Notes under the pieces: model-generated
What the model saw: only the letters and a program-made list of their open reading frames with translations
Databases searched by the model: none
Told to the model about the DNA's origin: nothing
Position numbers and translations under genes: made by a program
Source: Ectothiorhodospiraceae bacterium
GTDB taxonomy: Bacteria > Bacteroidota > Ignavibacteria > SZUA-365 > GCA-2699105
NCBI GenBank assembly: GCA_002699105.1
Contig: PABJ01000075.1
Location: forward strand, 1-55,324
DNA length: 55,324 nt
Direction of reading: 5' to 3'
Shown here: positions 35,254-44,782 of the stretch, one piece after another
Position numbering within the stretch: position 1 is the first letter of the stretch
Layout of the letters: every line of letters begins with the position of its first letter

Positions 35254-38070
35254 ATGAAGCTTGGTACTGCGCATAAAGTAACTGCGCTCACTCTGTTTGT
35301 GGCGGCATTTGTTGTTTATGTGCTCACCGCTTCAAGAGGTGTGGGCGCTTGGGAAAGCGGCCAGTGCCTCTCCGCAATCGGATCGCTCGGGAATACTCAC
35401 CCCCCTGGTAGTCCATTCTATGTTTTGGTGTACCATGTTTTCTCCCTCCCCCTGGGATTTGGCACCACTGCCCAGCAGGCAGGAATTGTATCGGCGCTGT
35501 TTGCGGCCGGTGCTGTTGTAATGATTTACCTTATCACTGCCCGTATTATCAACAGCGTTGTGCGGATTGTGAATCTGATCGATCGGTCGATTCTCATCCA
35601 TGGTGGCGGGATTATCGCAGCGCTTTCGGGCGGATTCTGCTTCAGCTTTTGGTCCATTGCCGGGACAGCTTCCATTGAGGTCCTGCAGGCATTCCTTGGG
35701 TTGGGTATCATTTGGCTCGGATTGCAGCTCTATGATTCCCGGGATACGACCGCGGCACTTCAGCGAGTCTTGCTGATTTCATTCCTCTTGGGATTGGCAA
35801 CGGGCGTCTCAGCGACATTGCTGTTGTTGCTCGTTCCAGTGAGCCTCCTCATTTACCACAAGTATTTCTACCTCTTCTTCCACGGGTATCTTGCTTTAGC
35901 GTTGTTGGTAGTGGTTTCGATCCTCCTCATGGAACTGCTCAGTACTTTTGGGATTGAAGTAACAGCTGGCGCTCTGGAAGTCTTCGGTGTAACTGCGGGT
36001 TTCGGTGTGCTGATAGCCGTTCTGCTCATCGGAGCACTTGCAGTGAGCATCGCGTATGGGATTGCGAAGTTCTACGAAGTACCGGTACTACGGATCGCGG
36101 GCGTTGCTGTCGCCGTGTTCATGATCGGCGTTTCGGTGCAGGTGCTCGTTCCGTTGCGTGCTTCCCAGTCAATCGCTGTCAACCACGGGACACCCGCAAC
36201 AGCGGAAGCTTTTTCCGTGTATCGCGGGGAGCGTGGGTCTGCACCGATATTAGGGTGGATAGGTTCACTCTTCCATGAAGCAGAAACAGCTGTAGAGCAA
36301 GATAATCAATCGGGCTTCTTCGCGGACGTGAAGGAAGGGTACATTCGTTACTTTTTTTGGAACTACATGGGGAAAGCCGGCGATATCACGGGTGCGCCGC
36401 CTAGTTTTACCGGGGATATACCGCATGGACCGATTCAAGGCAGGTGGAGTTACAATGCAGTGAATTATCCTATTGTGCTTTACGGGTTGCCCTTTCTTCT
36501 CGGTGTGATTGGCATGTTCCGGGCAGTGGTCGCGAAACCGCTGCTTGGCGGCGTGATCCTCCTCGTGTTTCTTTTGACGGGCATCGCGACTGTCTTCTTT
36601 GCATCCACTGCGGAGGTATCTTCTCGAGAAACAGATGCAGGGTACGTTCTATCTTTTCTCGTATTCTCAATTCTCATCGGTATCGGTGCGACGACGCTTG
36701 CAGGCTGGCTCGCCACCTTGTTCAGCTCCAAAGCGCTGCAGGAAAGGAGCATATACCGGACGACGGTTGCAGTCGCAACGCTCGTAATAATGCTCATCGT
36801 TTCTCCTCTGCAGATCTTCGGTAAGAATTTCCCTGTTTGCGACAAGAGTAACGATTTCGTCGTCCAGGACTTCGCATACAATCTGCTGCAAAGCTGCGAA
36901 GCTGACGCAATACTCTTCACCTATGGGGATCTGGATACGTATTCGACCACATATTTACAGATTGCAGAAGGTATTCGCACTGACGTTAGTGTCGTCAATT
37001 TGCAGATGCTCGAGGCCGGATGGTACAACCTGCACATTGCTACGGAGACCACACCGGCAACCCCCAGTGTGCAAACCGGAATAGACCCCAAGACCGTTCT
37101 TCAGCGTACAGGCGGAGATGCCCTGGCAGTATTCTCCCGCTCGTGGAGAACCCGCGAGAGAGAAGTGCGCATTCCCGTGCCGAAACAGGCGTGGAATGAC
37201 TTTTCTATAGCACTGGATCCACGAAAGACCATTCCGGACTCCGTCCAGATCACCCCGAAAATGAGCTATATTTCAACCGCTGAATTCCCCGTTGAACTGC
37301 CGGGCTTTGAATCCGAGCCGGTGTACTACAGGCATTGGCGTGATGAAGCGGTGCAGGGAATTCTCGAAGCGAACGCCTGGAAGCGCCCGATCTATTTTAG
37401 CTCGACCGTTGATCTCGATATGCTTGACGGGTTTAGTGAGTACCTGTGCATGGAGGGGCTGGCACTCAGGATTGTACCGTTCGTTGTGCCTGAAGCCCGG
37501 CGGGTTATGGCAGATGGTTCGCAGGTCTTCTTCACGACCACGGTATCAAGTTATACGCAAGGCGTGAAGAGAAACATCTTCAAGAGGGCTGCGTCTAACT
37601 CGCACCGGTCAGGATACGAAACCGTGAAGGGGATCGTGGATAATTACAGGAATGGGTACATCCGGCTTGCACGCTATCTGATCGATATACGCAAGGAAGA
37701 GCAGGCAGGGGCCGCAGTGCTTGATACGATGCGTACAATATTCCCGGAAAACCCCTATTTTATGGATTACCGATATGCATTCGATGTTGGAATGTTGTAC
37801 CTGCGAGCCGGGGCAGTAGATCGGTATCAAGAGATGATGACAATCGTCGAAGATCAGTGTCTCGCTTCCATCGACCGCAATCCATATCAGATTGAGTCTG
37901 TGTATAGCCCATACCGCTATCTTCTCGAGTATTATCAGCTTGAAAAAAGAACCGGGCAGATGCTCGCGATCGTCGATCGCATGATAGTAGTCGCACCGGA
38001 ATCGGAAGACCTTCTCTCCCTGCGAGCCGAATTGGATTCTGCTCTGACACAGAGATCGTTCGTAAATTGA
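35254..38070 (+). CDS. DUF2723 (TMEM260-like GT-C glycosyltransferase) paralog with a degenerate N-terminal signature
   Basis: 938 aa, polytopic N-terminal half and helical-repeat C-terminal region. It shares HPPGSPFY and DFAYNLLQSCEADAILFTYGDLDTY with the next gene. It has WESGQC (35350-35367) where the family motif is WDxGEF. Confidence 0.7.
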   Translation: MKLGTAHKVTALTLFVAAFVVYVLTASRGVGAWESGQCLSAIGSLGNTHPPGSPFYVLVYHVFSLPLGFGTTAQQAGIVSALFAAGAVVMIYLITARIINSVVRIVNLIDRSILIHGGGIIAALSGGFCFSFWSIAGTASIEVLQAFLGLGIIWLGLQLYDSRDTTAALQRVLLISFLLGLATGVSATLLLLLVPVSLLIYHKYFYLFFHGYLALALLVVVSILLMELLSTFGIEVTAGALEVFGVTAGFGVLIAVLLIGALAVSIAYGIAKFYEVPVLRIAGVAVAVFMIGVSVQVLVPLRASQSIAVNHGTPATAEAFSVYRGERGSAPILGWIGSLFHEAETAVEQDNQSGFFADVKEGYIRYFFWNYMGKAGDITGAPPSFTGDIPHGPIQGRWSYNAVNYPIVLYGLPFLLGVIGMFRAVVAKPLLGGVILLVFLLTGIATVFFASTAEVSSRETDAGYVLSFLVFSILIGIGATTLAGWLATLFSSKALQERSIYRTTVAVATLVIMLIVSPLQIFGKNFPVCDKSNDFVVQDFAYNLLQSCEADAILFTYGDLDTYSTTYLQIAEGIRTDVSVVNLQMLEAGWYNLHIATETTPATPSVQTGIDPKTVLQRTGGDALAVFSRSWRTREREVRIPVPKQAWNDFSIALDPRKTIPDSVQITPKMSYISTAEFPVELPGFESEPVYYRHWRDEAVQGILEANAWKRPIYFSSTVDLDMLDGFSEYLCMEGLALRIVPFVVPEARRVMADGSQVFFTTTVSSYTQGVKRNIFKRAASNSHRSGYETVKGIVDNYRNGYIRLARYLIDIRKEEQAGAAVLDTMRTIFPENPYFMDYRYAFDVGMLYLRAGAVDRYQEMMTIVEDQCLASIDRNPYQIESVYSPYRYLLEYYQLEKRTGQMLAIVDRMIVVAPESEDLLSLRAELDSALTQRSFVN

Positions 38071-38104
38071 TTGTTGTATTGATAGCTTAAACGTATAGAC
38101 AAGT

Positions 38105-40972
38105 ATGCAAACAGAAAACCAATTCAATTTCACACTGCTGCACAGGATTTCGGCAGGTATCGTATTTGTTTTCTCCTCGATCATCTTCCTGATGACCGTC
38201 GCTCCGACGCTGTCATTTTGGGATTGCGGAGAATTCATCACATCGGCGGTAACGCTCGGAATTCCGCACCCGCCGGGTGCGCCGTTCTTCCAGCTTGTGG
38301 GCCGTTTCTTCTCGCTGCTTCCCGTTGGCGACGATCTCGGTTACCGTGTGAATCTCATCTCCACGTTTTCCAGCTCGCTGACTGTGCTGTTTGTGTACCT
38401 GTCTTCCATGCGGCTTTTCCGGATGTGGCAGGGTGAGCCGAAAGAGATGATGCAGGGCCTCGTGATGATTATCGCAGCCGCTGCCGGCGCTCTGACGCTT
38501 TCGTTTTCCGATACGTTCTGGTTCAACGCCGGTGAAGCCGAAGTGTACGGCATCGGCATGTTCTTTATCTCTATCGTCGTGTGGTTGGCGCTGGAATGGT
38601 ATGCAAAGGTCGGCGTTCTGAAGCGCGAACGGACCTTGCTGCTTATCGCCTATCTTATGGGCTTGAGTATCGGCGTTCACTTGCTCTCATTGTTGGCGCT
38701 GTTCTTTGTGTTTGTACTTGTCTACTTCCGCGATCGCGACGACAAGAACATCACACCGAAGACCATCGGAATCTTTGCCGCTGCTGCCGCGATTGGGTTT
38801 GCGGTGATCTATCCCGGTATCGTGAAGTACATTCCCCAGTTGCTCTCGACCTCTGTCGGGCGAATCGTGCTTTTGCTGGTTATAGGCGGAGCGATCTTTA
38901 TCGTCGCATACAAAATGCTCCATGTACAGTTTCGGATGGCAATTCTCGCGACATTGCTCATTGTGCTTGGGTATTCCACATACTCCCTCGTCATCATCCG
39001 CTCGAATCAGGACCCTGCACTGAACGAAAACGATCCGTCCACGTTCCCAGCGCTCTATAGCTACTTGAATCGCGATCAATATGGCTCGTATCCTCTGCTC
39101 AGGGGCTACAATTTCAACGATGCGACAGGCCGAATCGATTTCAACGCAAACGATTTGTTCCCACGCCGCTGGAATCCGGATAACACTTCTGCATACGCGA
39201 ATTACGACTCCGATCTGGAATACTTCATGAGTTTTCAGTTGGGGCATATCTACTACCGCTATTTCATGTGGAATTTCGTTGGAAGAGCTGGCGACAGGCA
39301 GGACGCACCGTGGGTGCTGTTCGACGTGCCGGATACCTCGCCCGATGCGGTAGCTGCGATGGAAGAGCCGGAGGAGCGGTGGGCTGAAAGCCTGGGCTAT
39401 CCGAACCGCTACTACGCGATTCCGCTCATACTTGGTTTGTTAGGCCTGTACTATCACTTCAGACGGGATAGGAAAACGTGGATCGCTACCGCGCTCCTGT
39501 TCTTCATGACTGGGGTTGGACTGGTGATATACTTCAATATGGCGGAACCGCAGGTACGAGAGCGCGATTACTTCTTCGTGGGCTCGTTCTACGTGTTCGC
39601 TATGTGGGTCGGCATAGGTATATATGCTGCTGCCGATTATGCACGAAAAGCATTGAAGGAAAATCAAGCGGCTGCTGTCGGTGTTACGGCGTTGCTACTG
39701 CTGCTTGTACCCGGTAACATGCTTTTCACGAATTACCAGACGCATAACCGCCACTATAACTATGTCGCGTTCGATTACGCATACAATCTCCTTCAATCTT
39801 GCGATCAGGATGCTATCCTGTTCACCGGGGGAGATAACGATACTTTCCCCTTATGGTACCTGCAATATGTTGCTGGGGTGCGGAGGGATATCCGCTTGGT
39901 GAACCTCAGCCTCTTGAATACTCCATGGTATGCGAAACAGCTCATTGAAGAGCAACCATACGGGGCGAAAACCGTCGGCCTCGGGCTATCGGCCATGGAG
40001 ATCGAAAATCTCCGGCCGCAACCCTGGGAAACGAATACCTATACGGTGAATATCGATCCGAACAAGTTTTTCTGGTCAAGTCTGGAAGGTATGGACTACG
40101 CAGAATCACTGATCGATAGAGACTCACTGCCGAGCAAAATTCAGTGGACGATTGAGCCGACATTCACCGATCCTGCAGGGAACCGTGGTATCAGGAACCA
40201 GGATATTCTCATCATCCGGATCATCGAGAATAACTTCGGAGACCGTCCGATTTACTTTGCGCTTTCAACCTCCCCGAACGACCGCATCGGATTGGATGAA
40301 TATCTTGTCGTCGAAGGTCTTGCGTACCGCCTCACGCCGGTGAAGTTCCCATTCCGCGGGGATCGCTATTACGCGAACGTGAACATCCCCGAGACGATGA
40401 AGTACGTGATGAACTCCGCATCCAAGCCTGACAGCAACCGCGCGAAAGGGTTCATGTTCCGTGAACTGAACAATCCGAAGGTGCTGCTCGATGAAGCCAG
40501 CGCGAGGATGGTCATGAGCTACAGGTTCCTCTTTATCGGCTTGGGGCAGGTGATGCAGCAGGAAGGCTATTCCGACCGCGAGGTGCAAGAGGTGCTCGAA
40601 CGCATGGAATACCTAATGCCGAAAGAACTCCACGATATCGATATGACGCTCAAGACTGATCTGGTGACATCCGTCTATGCTGAAATCGGATACACCGAAG
40701 GCGTCAAGAAGTATGCGGACGAATTGGAAGCATTCTACCTGAAGATCATAGAAACCGATCTTGCCGGCCGGAATGCACCGCGTTCACCGTTCCATGTGCT
40801 GCTTACAATCTATGAAGCGCTTGGCGAGTACGATAAGGGCCTGAATGTCTTGAACCGTTTCAAGCAAGCCTACCCCAACGATCCGGGCGTTCAGCAGCGT
40901 CTGCAGCAATGGAATGCACAATTCGGCAAAACGGAAAGTTCAGCAAGTCAACAAGAGTTGCCTGTTCAATAA
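38105..40972 (+). CDS. DUF2723 (TMEM260-like GT-C glycosyltransferase) protein, canonical motifs
   Basis: 955 aa. Motifs are SFWDCGEFITSAVTLGIPHPPGAPFF (WDCGEF at 38219-38236) and DYAYNLLQSCDQDAILFTGGDNDTFPLWYLQ. It has many TM helices and a C-terminal helical-repeat region. Confidence 0.8.
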   Translation: MQTENQFNFTLLHRISAGIVFVFSSIIFLMTVAPTLSFWDCGEFITSAVTLGIPHPPGAPFFQLVGRFFSLLPVGDDLGYRVNLISTFSSSLTVLFVYLSSMRLFRMWQGEPKEMMQGLVMIIAAAAGALTLSFSDTFWFNAGEAEVYGIGMFFISIVVWLALEWYAKVGVLKRERTLLLIAYLMGLSIGVHLLSLLALFFVFVLVYFRDRDDKNITPKTIGIFAAAAAIGFAVIYPGIVKYIPQLLSTSVGRIVLLLVIGGAIFIVAYKMLHVQFRMAILATLLIVLGYSTYSLVIIRSNQDPALNENDPSTFPALYSYLNRDQYGSYPLLRGYNFNDATGRIDFNANDLFPRRWNPDNTSAYANYDSDLEYFMSFQLGHIYYRYFMWNFVGRAGDRQDAPWVLFDVPDTSPDAVAAMEEPEERWAESLGYPNRYYAIPLILGLLGLYYHFRRDRKTWIATALLFFMTGVGLVIYFNMAEPQVRERDYFFVGSFYVFAMWVGIGIYAAADYARKALKENQAAAVGVTALLLLLVPGNMLFTNYQTHNRHYNYVAFDYAYNLLQSCDQDAILFTGGDNDTFPLWYLQYVAGVRRDIRLVNLSLLNTPWYAKQLIEEQPYGAKTVGLGLSAMEIENLRPQPWETNTYTVNIDPNKFFWSSLEGMDYAESLIDRDSLPSKIQWTIEPTFTDPAGNRGIRNQDILIIRIIENNFGDRPIYFALSTSPNDRIGLDEYLVVEGLAYRLTPVKFPFRGDRYYANVNIPETMKYVMNSASKPDSNRAKGFMFRELNNPKVLLDEASARMVMSYRFLFIGLGQVMQQEGYSDREVQEVLERMEYLMPKELHDIDMTLKTDLVTSVYAEIGYTEGVKKYADELEAFYLKIIETDLAGRNAPRSPFHVLLTIYEALGEYDKGLNVLNRFKQAYPNDPGVQQRLQQWNAQFGKTESSASQQELPVQ

Positions 40973-42772
40973 ATGACGATCACGAAAAGTACCGTACTCC
41001 TCGCGTTTCTCCTCGGCGTGTTTTCGCCTTGGAGATCTGCGAGTGCGGATGATGATTTTAGCGTTACGAACGTCCGCCATATCGACCTGACCGCAAAGGG
41101 TTTGCGCGGCACGATTATACACGCGTCTCTCTCAGGGAGCGGAGAGTATATCTCTATCGAGACCCGCTCTGGAAATGAGAGACATCTTTATGTGTACGAT
41201 GTTCAAAACGCACATCTGTTGCGGGTCGATCCACGCTCCGAGATCACGGGATACGATACGTGGGAGGCCAGCCCCGTGGCGGCGCTGTATCCCCGTTTTG
41301 ATGGAGAGGCGAGTTGGTATCCTTCAGAAGAAAGAGTCGGCGAGTGGCTGGTGTTCGCCAGCAATGGAATCGATAACCAGAAGGATCTCTTCCTCTACCG
41401 CGCGCGCGATGCAGCATTCGTCAGGGTGACGAATACGGACTTCGACGAAGAAACGCCCGCATGGTCGGTGAACGGGGATGAACTCGCGTACCTGGTGCAC
41501 AGCTCCGTGGATGAACTGTATACTGTTAGCGGTATACGTTCTATGTTCGGTGAAATTCAGAAGCTCCAAATGAGCTATGAAAACATTCCAAACCTCGCCG
41601 ATATCTACAGCAAAGAGATCTTCGATGGTACTCGCCAGCTTCACTACTCGACGCCGCAGAGTATCGTCGATTATGCATGGGTTACGGGCGGGAGTATTGC
41701 GCTCCTACAGGCCGACGCCGACGACACAACGGCGGTTCGCCTGTACTACTTGCGCGACTCGGGTAAATCGAAATTCATCTCAGAGCAGCCGTTAGCGGAG
41801 GAGGTTCGCACTGCCATGCTCGGCGAAGGCGTCTTGACCCTGAAACCGAATGCTGAACCGCAAGCGGAGAGGATAACATGGCTGGGCACAACCTTCGCGC
41901 AAGAATCATTCGATCGGAGTATCCCGAGAGAAGGACTCATCGGTTCGGTTATCCAGGGGGACGGACTGATCGCGAACCCTCTCGTGCTAAGTAGATACCG
42001 CATGCTCATGCCCGTAAGAGGCGAGCGCAGCGATTTTCTCACCTATCGAATCTATACAAAGGGAAGAATACGGGATAGGAACACCGGCGTTGAAGTGAAC
42101 GGAGAAATACGTGCCCTCGATGTCAACGCCGTTGAGGTCGGTGAAAGATCCTCATTCAAGGTTTGCGGAGCATACGAACGAGATCGAAGCTCCGGTATCT
42201 TTTTATGCGATTTTGTGTACTTCGTTGCCGAAGAAGACGAACCTCTCTTCAAGGAAAACAAGTTTGTCGATGTCGGTTTACAGGCACACTTCTCGAAGTT
42301 TACCGGCGATGTCGTGCCGGGAGATTTTCTTCCTGGATTCGGACTATGGGCTGAGATCCAGTTTACAGGTGGACTGGCGAATTTTTCCACTGGTGCGAAA
42401 CTGGGGTATGCACCGTTAGGCGGTTCAAGAAACGACGATGTGAGTTTCGAACACTACTTTTGGGCTGCTAGTGCATACATCAAGTATACGTACCAGATGA
42501 TGTACGAATTCCAGCCGTACGCATCGCTAGGGGTTGGCTTGGCGGCATCGAATTCCATTCAGTTCGAGCCCGATGAACCGCGGAAGCGGCTCACACCGTT
42601 CTATTTCGATCTCACGGCTGGCGGTGCCTTCACAATCGACCCGAGAACGAGCGTCCATGTCATCGCCTCGTTTGTGAAGCTGAGCGAAGATATCGACCGT
42701 CTGGCTAAAGAACCAAAGACCGACTCCTACCTGCTCATTGGTGTCGGATTCAGCTATACCTTACTGTTTTAG
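40973..42772 (+). CDS. Secreted PD40 (TolB-like beta-propeller repeat) protein fused to a C-terminal outer-membrane beta-barrel
   Basis: Signal peptide [20 protein letters not shown]40-like repeats ([38 protein letters not shown]). The C-terminal ~190 aa has alternating hydrophobic strands ending [10 protein letters not shown], an OMP terminal aromatic. The ATG abuts the upstream stop (TAAATG). Confidence 0.6.
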   Translation: MTITKSTVLLAFLLGVFSPWRSASADDDFSVTNVRHIDLTAKGLRGTIIHASLSGSGEYISIETRSGNERHLYVYDVQNAHLLRVDPRSEITGYDTWEASPVAALYPRFDGEASWYPSEERVGEWLVFASNGIDNQKDLFLYRARDAAFVRVTNTDFDEETPAWSVNGDELAYLVHSSVDELYTVSGIRSMFGEIQKLQMSYENIPNLADIYSKEIFDGTRQLHYSTPQSIVDYAWVTGGSIALLQADADDTTAVRLYYLRDSGKSKFISEQPLAEEVRTAMLGEGVLTLKPNAEPQAERITWLGTTFAQESFDRSIPREGLIGSVIQGDGLIANPLVLSRYRMLMPVRGERSDFLTYRIYTKGRIRDRNTGVEVNGEIRALDVNAVEVGERSSFKVCGAYERDRSSGIFLCDFVYFVAEEDEPLFKENKFVDVGLQAHFSKFTGDVVPGDFLPGFGLWAEIQFTGGLANFSTGAKLGYAPLGGSRNDDVSFEHYFWAASAYIKYTYQMMYEFQPYASLGVGLAASNSIQFEPDEPRKRLTPFYFDLTAGGAFTIDPRTSVHVIASFVKLSEDIDRLAKEPKTDSYLLIGVGFSYTLLF

Positions 42773-42782
42773 TGATAGATCA

Positions 42783-43721
42783 ATGCCACGTACACTCATA
42801 ACCGGCGGCGCCGGTTTTCTTGGAAGCCACCTTTGCGATAAAATGCTCAATGAAGGGCACGAGGTTATCTGCATGGATAATCTCATTACCGGCGATATGG
42901 ATAATATCGCTCACCTCATGGGGAAGGATGGATTCAGCTTCGTCAAACAAGACGTTACCGAATATATCTATGTGGCAGGTCCGGTGGACTTCATCCTCCA
43001 TTTTGCATCGCCTGCAAGCCCTATCGATTACCTGAAGCTTCCCATCCAGACGCTCAAAGTAGGATCGCTCGGGACTCACAAGACGCTCGGACTCGCCAAG
43101 GCCAAAGGCGCACGCTTTCTCCTGGCATCGACCTCGGAGGTGTATGGCGATCCGGAGATCCATCCGCAGGTAGAGACATACTGGGGAAATGTGAATCCGA
43201 CTGGTCCCCGCGGCGTCTACGACGAGGCAAAACGGTTCGCTGAGGCCATGACTATCGCATACAGAACCTACCACGGTGTTGAAACCCGCATCGTGCGCAT
43301 ATTCAACACCTACGGTGAAAGAATGCGGGTGAACGACGGTCGCGCGATACCTGCCTTCATGAGTCAGGCGCTGCGCGGCGAAGATTTGACCGTATTCGGC
43401 GACGGCAAACAAACACGAAGCGTCTGCTATGTATCCGATCTTGTCGATGGGATATTTCGGCTGCTGCTTTCCGATTATCACGACCCCGTGAACGTCGGAA
43501 ACCCCGATGAGCTCAATATGCTCGAGCTTGCCGAGGAAGTGCTTGCCATAACAGGGAGTTCAAGCAAGATCATTCACAAGGAACTTCCAAAGGATGATCC
43601 CAAGGTCCGCCAGCCTGATATTACCCTCGCGAAGACTGTCCTTGGCTGGGAGCCCAAGGTGGACCGAAGCGAAGGCCTGAGGAGAACCGCGATCTACTTC
43701 CGCGAAAAACTGGGCCTGTAA
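42783..43721 (+). CDS. UDP-glucuronate decarboxylase (UDP-xylose synthase type, extended SDR)
   Basis: ATG 42783 ([17 protein letters not shown]). Motifs [15 protein letters not shown] (YxxxK), [10 protein letters not shown] and [10 protein letters not shown]. Length is 312 aa. Confidence 0.9.
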   Translation: MPRTLITGGAGFLGSHLCDKMLNEGHEVICMDNLITGDMDNIAHLMGKDGFSFVKQDVTEYIYVAGPVDFILHFASPASPIDYLKLPIQTLKVGSLGTHKTLGLAKAKGARFLLASTSEVYGDPEIHPQVETYWGNVNPTGPRGVYDEAKRFAEAMTIAYRTYHGVETRIVRIFNTYGERMRVNDGRAIPAFMSQALRGEDLTVFGDGKQTRSVCYVSDLVDGIFRLLLSDYHDPVNVGNPDELNMLELAEEVLAITGSSSKIIHKELPKDDPKVRQPDITLAKTVLGWEPKVDRSEGLRRTAIYFREKLGL

Positions 43722-43978
43722 AGCGAGACAATCCCTTCAATCATTCTGTAACTCCAACCTTAGAATATATTCTCTTTCGCAGGTAAGTGTCAGCACTGGG
43801 CAGATTCGTCGTCGTGGAATAGCCATGGATACGTAACCGTCTGGTTCATCATAGTGTCTTATTAACAGCGATACCTAAATGGAGGATTCTATTGCGGTTG
43901 GAAGGTATCGTACGGGTGAGCTATATTCTTGGCTGTACATTCATATAGCGAAACTTATCCAGCATTCTACACGCGTCC

Positions 43979-44782
43979 ATGAGCCAAACCAACGACATAA
44001 AGCAGGAAGTCTCCGCAGTTTACGATGAACGTGCAGAGCGTTACGGCAACCTTACCTGGGTCGAAAGGGACGGCACCATCCGTCTCCCAGAAAAGAATTC
44101 CGGCTATTACTTCGTGAACAAGAAGGTGCGTTACGCACTCGAAATGTCCGCCGCATCGAAAGACCACCGGCTCCTCGAAGTCGGCTGCAGCTATGGGCAG
44201 ATGACCGGCCTCCTCTCGAAGGAGTTTTCGCACGTCACTGCGCTGGATATGTCGAAACCCGCGTTGGATGTAGTAGAGCGGAAGTTCAAAGAGTATGGAA
44301 TTTCAAACGTCGACTTTGTCGAAGACGACGCAGAAGTGCTCGCGAGCGTAGAGGACGGCAGTTACGACCGTGTCTATTCTTTCTCCGCGATTCGGTACTG
44401 CTCAGATGTGCAGGCAGCCGTGCATCAGGCCTATCGCGCATTGAAGAATGGCGGCATCGCCGTTATCGATTTCCCGAACCGCCTTTCGCCCTGGCACATT
44501 ATCTTCAAGAAATCACTCGGCATCAAGACCCACGTAAATGATCATCTTTTTACACGCGCAGAAGTCAGGGAAATGTTTGAAAAGGCGGGATTCAAGAGTA
44601 TTGAACTCAAGAACATTCTCTTTCTTCCGCGTTCAGTGCCGAACAAAGCATTTCCATTTTTCAAGATTGCGAACGGTATTCTCGAACGGATTCCGCTGCT
44701 CAATCGTCTCTCCGGAGTTATTATGGTAAAGGGGCAAAAGCATGAGGAGAGCAAAAGTCCTATGGACGCCGCATCCGTATAA
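43979..44782 (+). CDS. Class I SAM-dependent methyltransferase
   Basis: Motif I LLEVGCSYGQMT, acidic post-I residue (ALDMS) and YDRVYSFSAIRYC...LKNGGIAVIDFPN. Preceded by a 257-bp intergenic region. Confidence 0.8.
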   Translation: MSQTNDIKQEVSAVYDERAERYGNLTWVERDGTIRLPEKNSGYYFVNKKVRYALEMSAASKDHRLLEVGCSYGQMTGLLSKEFSHVTALDMSKPALDVVERKFKEYGISNVDFVEDDAEVLASVEDGSYDRVYSFSAIRYCSDVQAAVHQAYRALKNGGIAVIDFPNRLSPWHIIFKKSLGIKTHVNDHLFTRAEVREMFEKAGFKSIELKNILFLPRSVPNKAFPFFKIANGILERIPLLNRLSGVIMVKGQKHEESKSPMDAASV

